A stretch of DNA of 64,000 bases. Origin: Eledone cirrhosa. Its lineage: Eukaryota. The notes below the pieces were generated by a model. It ran no database searches. It saw nothing but the letters and a program-made list of their open reading frames with translations, and had not been told where the DNA came from. The stretch covers positions 79,670,001 to 79,734,000 of the forward strand of contig OZ024743.1 of NCBI GenBank assembly GCA_964016885.1, written 5' to 3'. How positions within the stretch are numbered: position 1 is the stretch's first letter; the number at the start of each line of letters is the position of its first letter. Shown piece after piece: positions 61,580 through 64,000 of the stretch. Made by a program: the position numbers and the translations under genes.

Positions 61580-63202
61580 TTTCAGTGCTACCTCCCGACA
61601 GGGATGCCCTCGCTCCTCCCTTCTGTACGTACTGACTCTCGAGCCACTACTGCGCAAGTTGGTGTTATTGCAGGGCTTCCCTTTGAAACCGGGACTGAGA
61701 AAAGCGGCGTCAACCTACGCCGACGACTTGACAGTACTGGTGTCGAGCACCTCGCAAATCGGGGAGGTCGGCACCTTACTGGAGGAATACGAAAGGTTCA
61801 CAGGAGCGAAGCTGAACCGGGACAAATCCGTCGGTTTGCAATTCGGAACGTGGAGAGGCAAACCGATGCCTTCCGATGGCGTCGTCGGACGCTGGACGGA
61901 AGGACCGATAAAGCTGCTCGGGGTCTGGTTTGGTCCGGACCTCCAGGTGGATAAGAACTGGAACGAGGTACGGCCAAGATGTTTGCGTTCACCCAGAAGT
62001 GGGCCGAGTGAAAAGTATCCTTGGAAGGTCGAGCGGAGGACGCGAACACTTTTATAGCGTCCGTCATCTACTACCGTTTGACCGTCGTGCCTTGTCCAGC
62101 CAAAACACTCACCAAAATGAAGCGCGCGCTCTTCCAATTCCTTTGGAAGAAACGGGCTCCTTTGTTGAGAAGATCCATCTGCTGCCAACACCCTTCAAAC
62201 GGAGGGCTGGGGAAGCCGTGGCTGACGATGCGCAAACACGCGCTCAGGCTGCGGCACATCCACGTATTCGTCACCGGACAACCGGTGTAGGCCCCGTTCG
62301 TGAGGCGATCCTTCCCACGACTCCACTTGCTGACCGAGCTGCAGTCCTGGGTCAAGCAAAGACCGAGGAAAATGGGCGACGCGCTCGGAGAAAATCTAGG
62401 CGTAGAGGAGGACGAACTGGCCTGTTTGTTCGGTAGGACCTTCCACCCGGGACCAATGGACAACTTCCTAAAGTCCCTGGCCTGGCCGTGCTATCGAGGA
62501 GCTCTACCAGTTCGAGACAAGCTCTACAGACACGGGCGCCCGGGTAGGGACCCTTCGAAAAGGATCTGTCCGAGGTGCGTGCGCGACGAGGAAACCGTCG
62601 CGCACGCATTTGTGCACTGCCCGGGCGTTACCGACGCGTGGGGCTATGTAGGACGACTATTGTCGCGGGTGGGACCAATCCAGTTGACCACCGAATCCAT
62701 TGTCATGATGAAACCGCCACCCTCCTTCTAAAACAAGGGAGAGGCGGTTTTCCTATGTGTTATGGCTATGGTGAAAGAGGTTATATGGTGGACGAGGTTA
62801 AAAGGGTTGAGGTCAGACACCTTTCTCTCCGGCGAGCAACTGATTCGTTTTTTCAAATATCATTTTGGAAGAAGAATCAGGATGGAGAGAGAGGTGCTGT
62901 ACCCCAGCAAACTTTATAAAAGGTGGGTGAATGTGGCAAAGATGGCCCGAGTGGTTGAGCCTTCTCTATATATAAGCTTGTAGGTTGAGGAAAAAGAGGA
63001 AGAGAGGGAGGGAGTACTCACTCTTGGTGCTCCTGGAGATGAGGGTTTTACATTTTTTCGGGGTGTGTACAACCCCTGTGTAACGCCTCCCCCCTATTGG
63101 GGATTTCAATTGTTATTTGCTATTTTATTTTCATATACTTCTCTGTAAACTCCCCATTTGTATTTGTCCCATTCTTTTGTGCCCGTGTGGCTAATAAAAA
63201 AT
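61580..63202 (+). mobile_element. Second 5'-truncated Tx1/L1-clade LINE, related subfamily
   Basis: RQGCP, STYADD, LNRDKS, LLGVWFG, CPRC..ET..HAFVHC; 3' UTR homologous to that of the first copy. Confidence 0.9.
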
Positions 63203-63477
63203 GTATCTCTCTAATACAGCGTACATCGCTGTTTCTTGCAGCAACATCTTCGCCATCTTTTCTGCGGAACCTAACTGAAGTACTGTCTATTATGCTGAGC
63301 AGTGGTACCAACACTTTTTACCGCTGTGAAACCCTTTTATTTGAATGAATTTTCCTTCGGGCACCTCGCTATAATTATATACGATGAGAATAACAACCAG
63401 ATGAGAGAAACGTTTATACGTATAGAAGACACAATAGTGTGTGTATATTATCTTTCGTTTGTGGAGTGTCTTAAGAC

Positions 63478-63785
63478 ATCTCTCTAGGAGAAGATCACTC
63501 TGATATAAAACCTCTGACTTCGTGTGCATCCAATGATGTAGACTAGTTCTTCTTTATGGGTAAATGTATTCGATATTCAGAGAGTGGGAGTGGCCCCCGT
63601 GCAAAGACTTTCCTCACTTAAAAACGCTTCAAGCATAGGTATCGCTTGCTATAGAACATTTTTTGCGATATATGGTATTGTTGGCCATAGGCAAGTCCTT
63701 GGCATGAATTAAATGCCACATTCGCGATGCTCATGCTTAAGTATACAGTGGTGGCATTACTTGAAAACGAGTTGCAGCCATCATT
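63478..63785 (+). mobile_element. Bipartite RTE-type element, partial
   Basis: CTAGGAGAAG..ACTCTGATAT and GAGAGTGGGA shared with the 11482 copy; same 3' end GAAAACGAGTTG(G)CAGCCA. Confidence 0.5.
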
Positions 63786-64000
63786 GCTAGAGAACGTCTC
63801 CACGAACCACCTAATAGAATATTAGTACACGACTTCATTTATACCATAAACGTGGTTTTGTCTTTGCGTGTAATTGTTTTCAGCGTTCCAAATAATGACG
63901 TATTATGTTCGTTTTTTTCCGTTCTTTGCCAGGGAACATTTCCACGAACCAATGTATCGTCTTCCTGTCTTACTTCGGTTGCAATGTTTTTCGAAATATG

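Overview
Gene-poor, AT-rich, microsatellite-saturated animal DNA. The tRNA-derived SINEs resemble those of octopod cephalopods (inference from recall, not a database hit). No intact host gene is recognisable, and nearly all ORF-track entries are translations of (TA)n, (CA)n or (GGT)n repeats. Protein-coding remnants are all retrotransposons: several Penelope-like elements (PLE; RT and GIY-YIG), an R4/Dong-type RLE LINE, two Tx1/L1-clade LINEs and RTE derivatives. The main unexplained signal is non-coding. A near-perfect array of about 7.15 x 466 bp (378-3710), with an inverted array running off the left edge, carries in every unit a minimal type I hammerhead ribozyme (HHR): AACGGUG-CUGAUGA-U-AGCU-aaca-AGCU-U-GAAA-CUAG-UA/CAUCGUU. 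This is a retrozyme-like element predicted to produce circular RNA. Dispersed copies of the family preserve stem pairing. By eye, roughly 25-30 intact or decayed HHR motifs from several unrelated families occur in the window. Many lie in a shared architecture (terminally redundant unit, inverted partial copy, (TA)n flanks), suggesting a population of non-autonomous ribozyme elements mobilised by PLEs.
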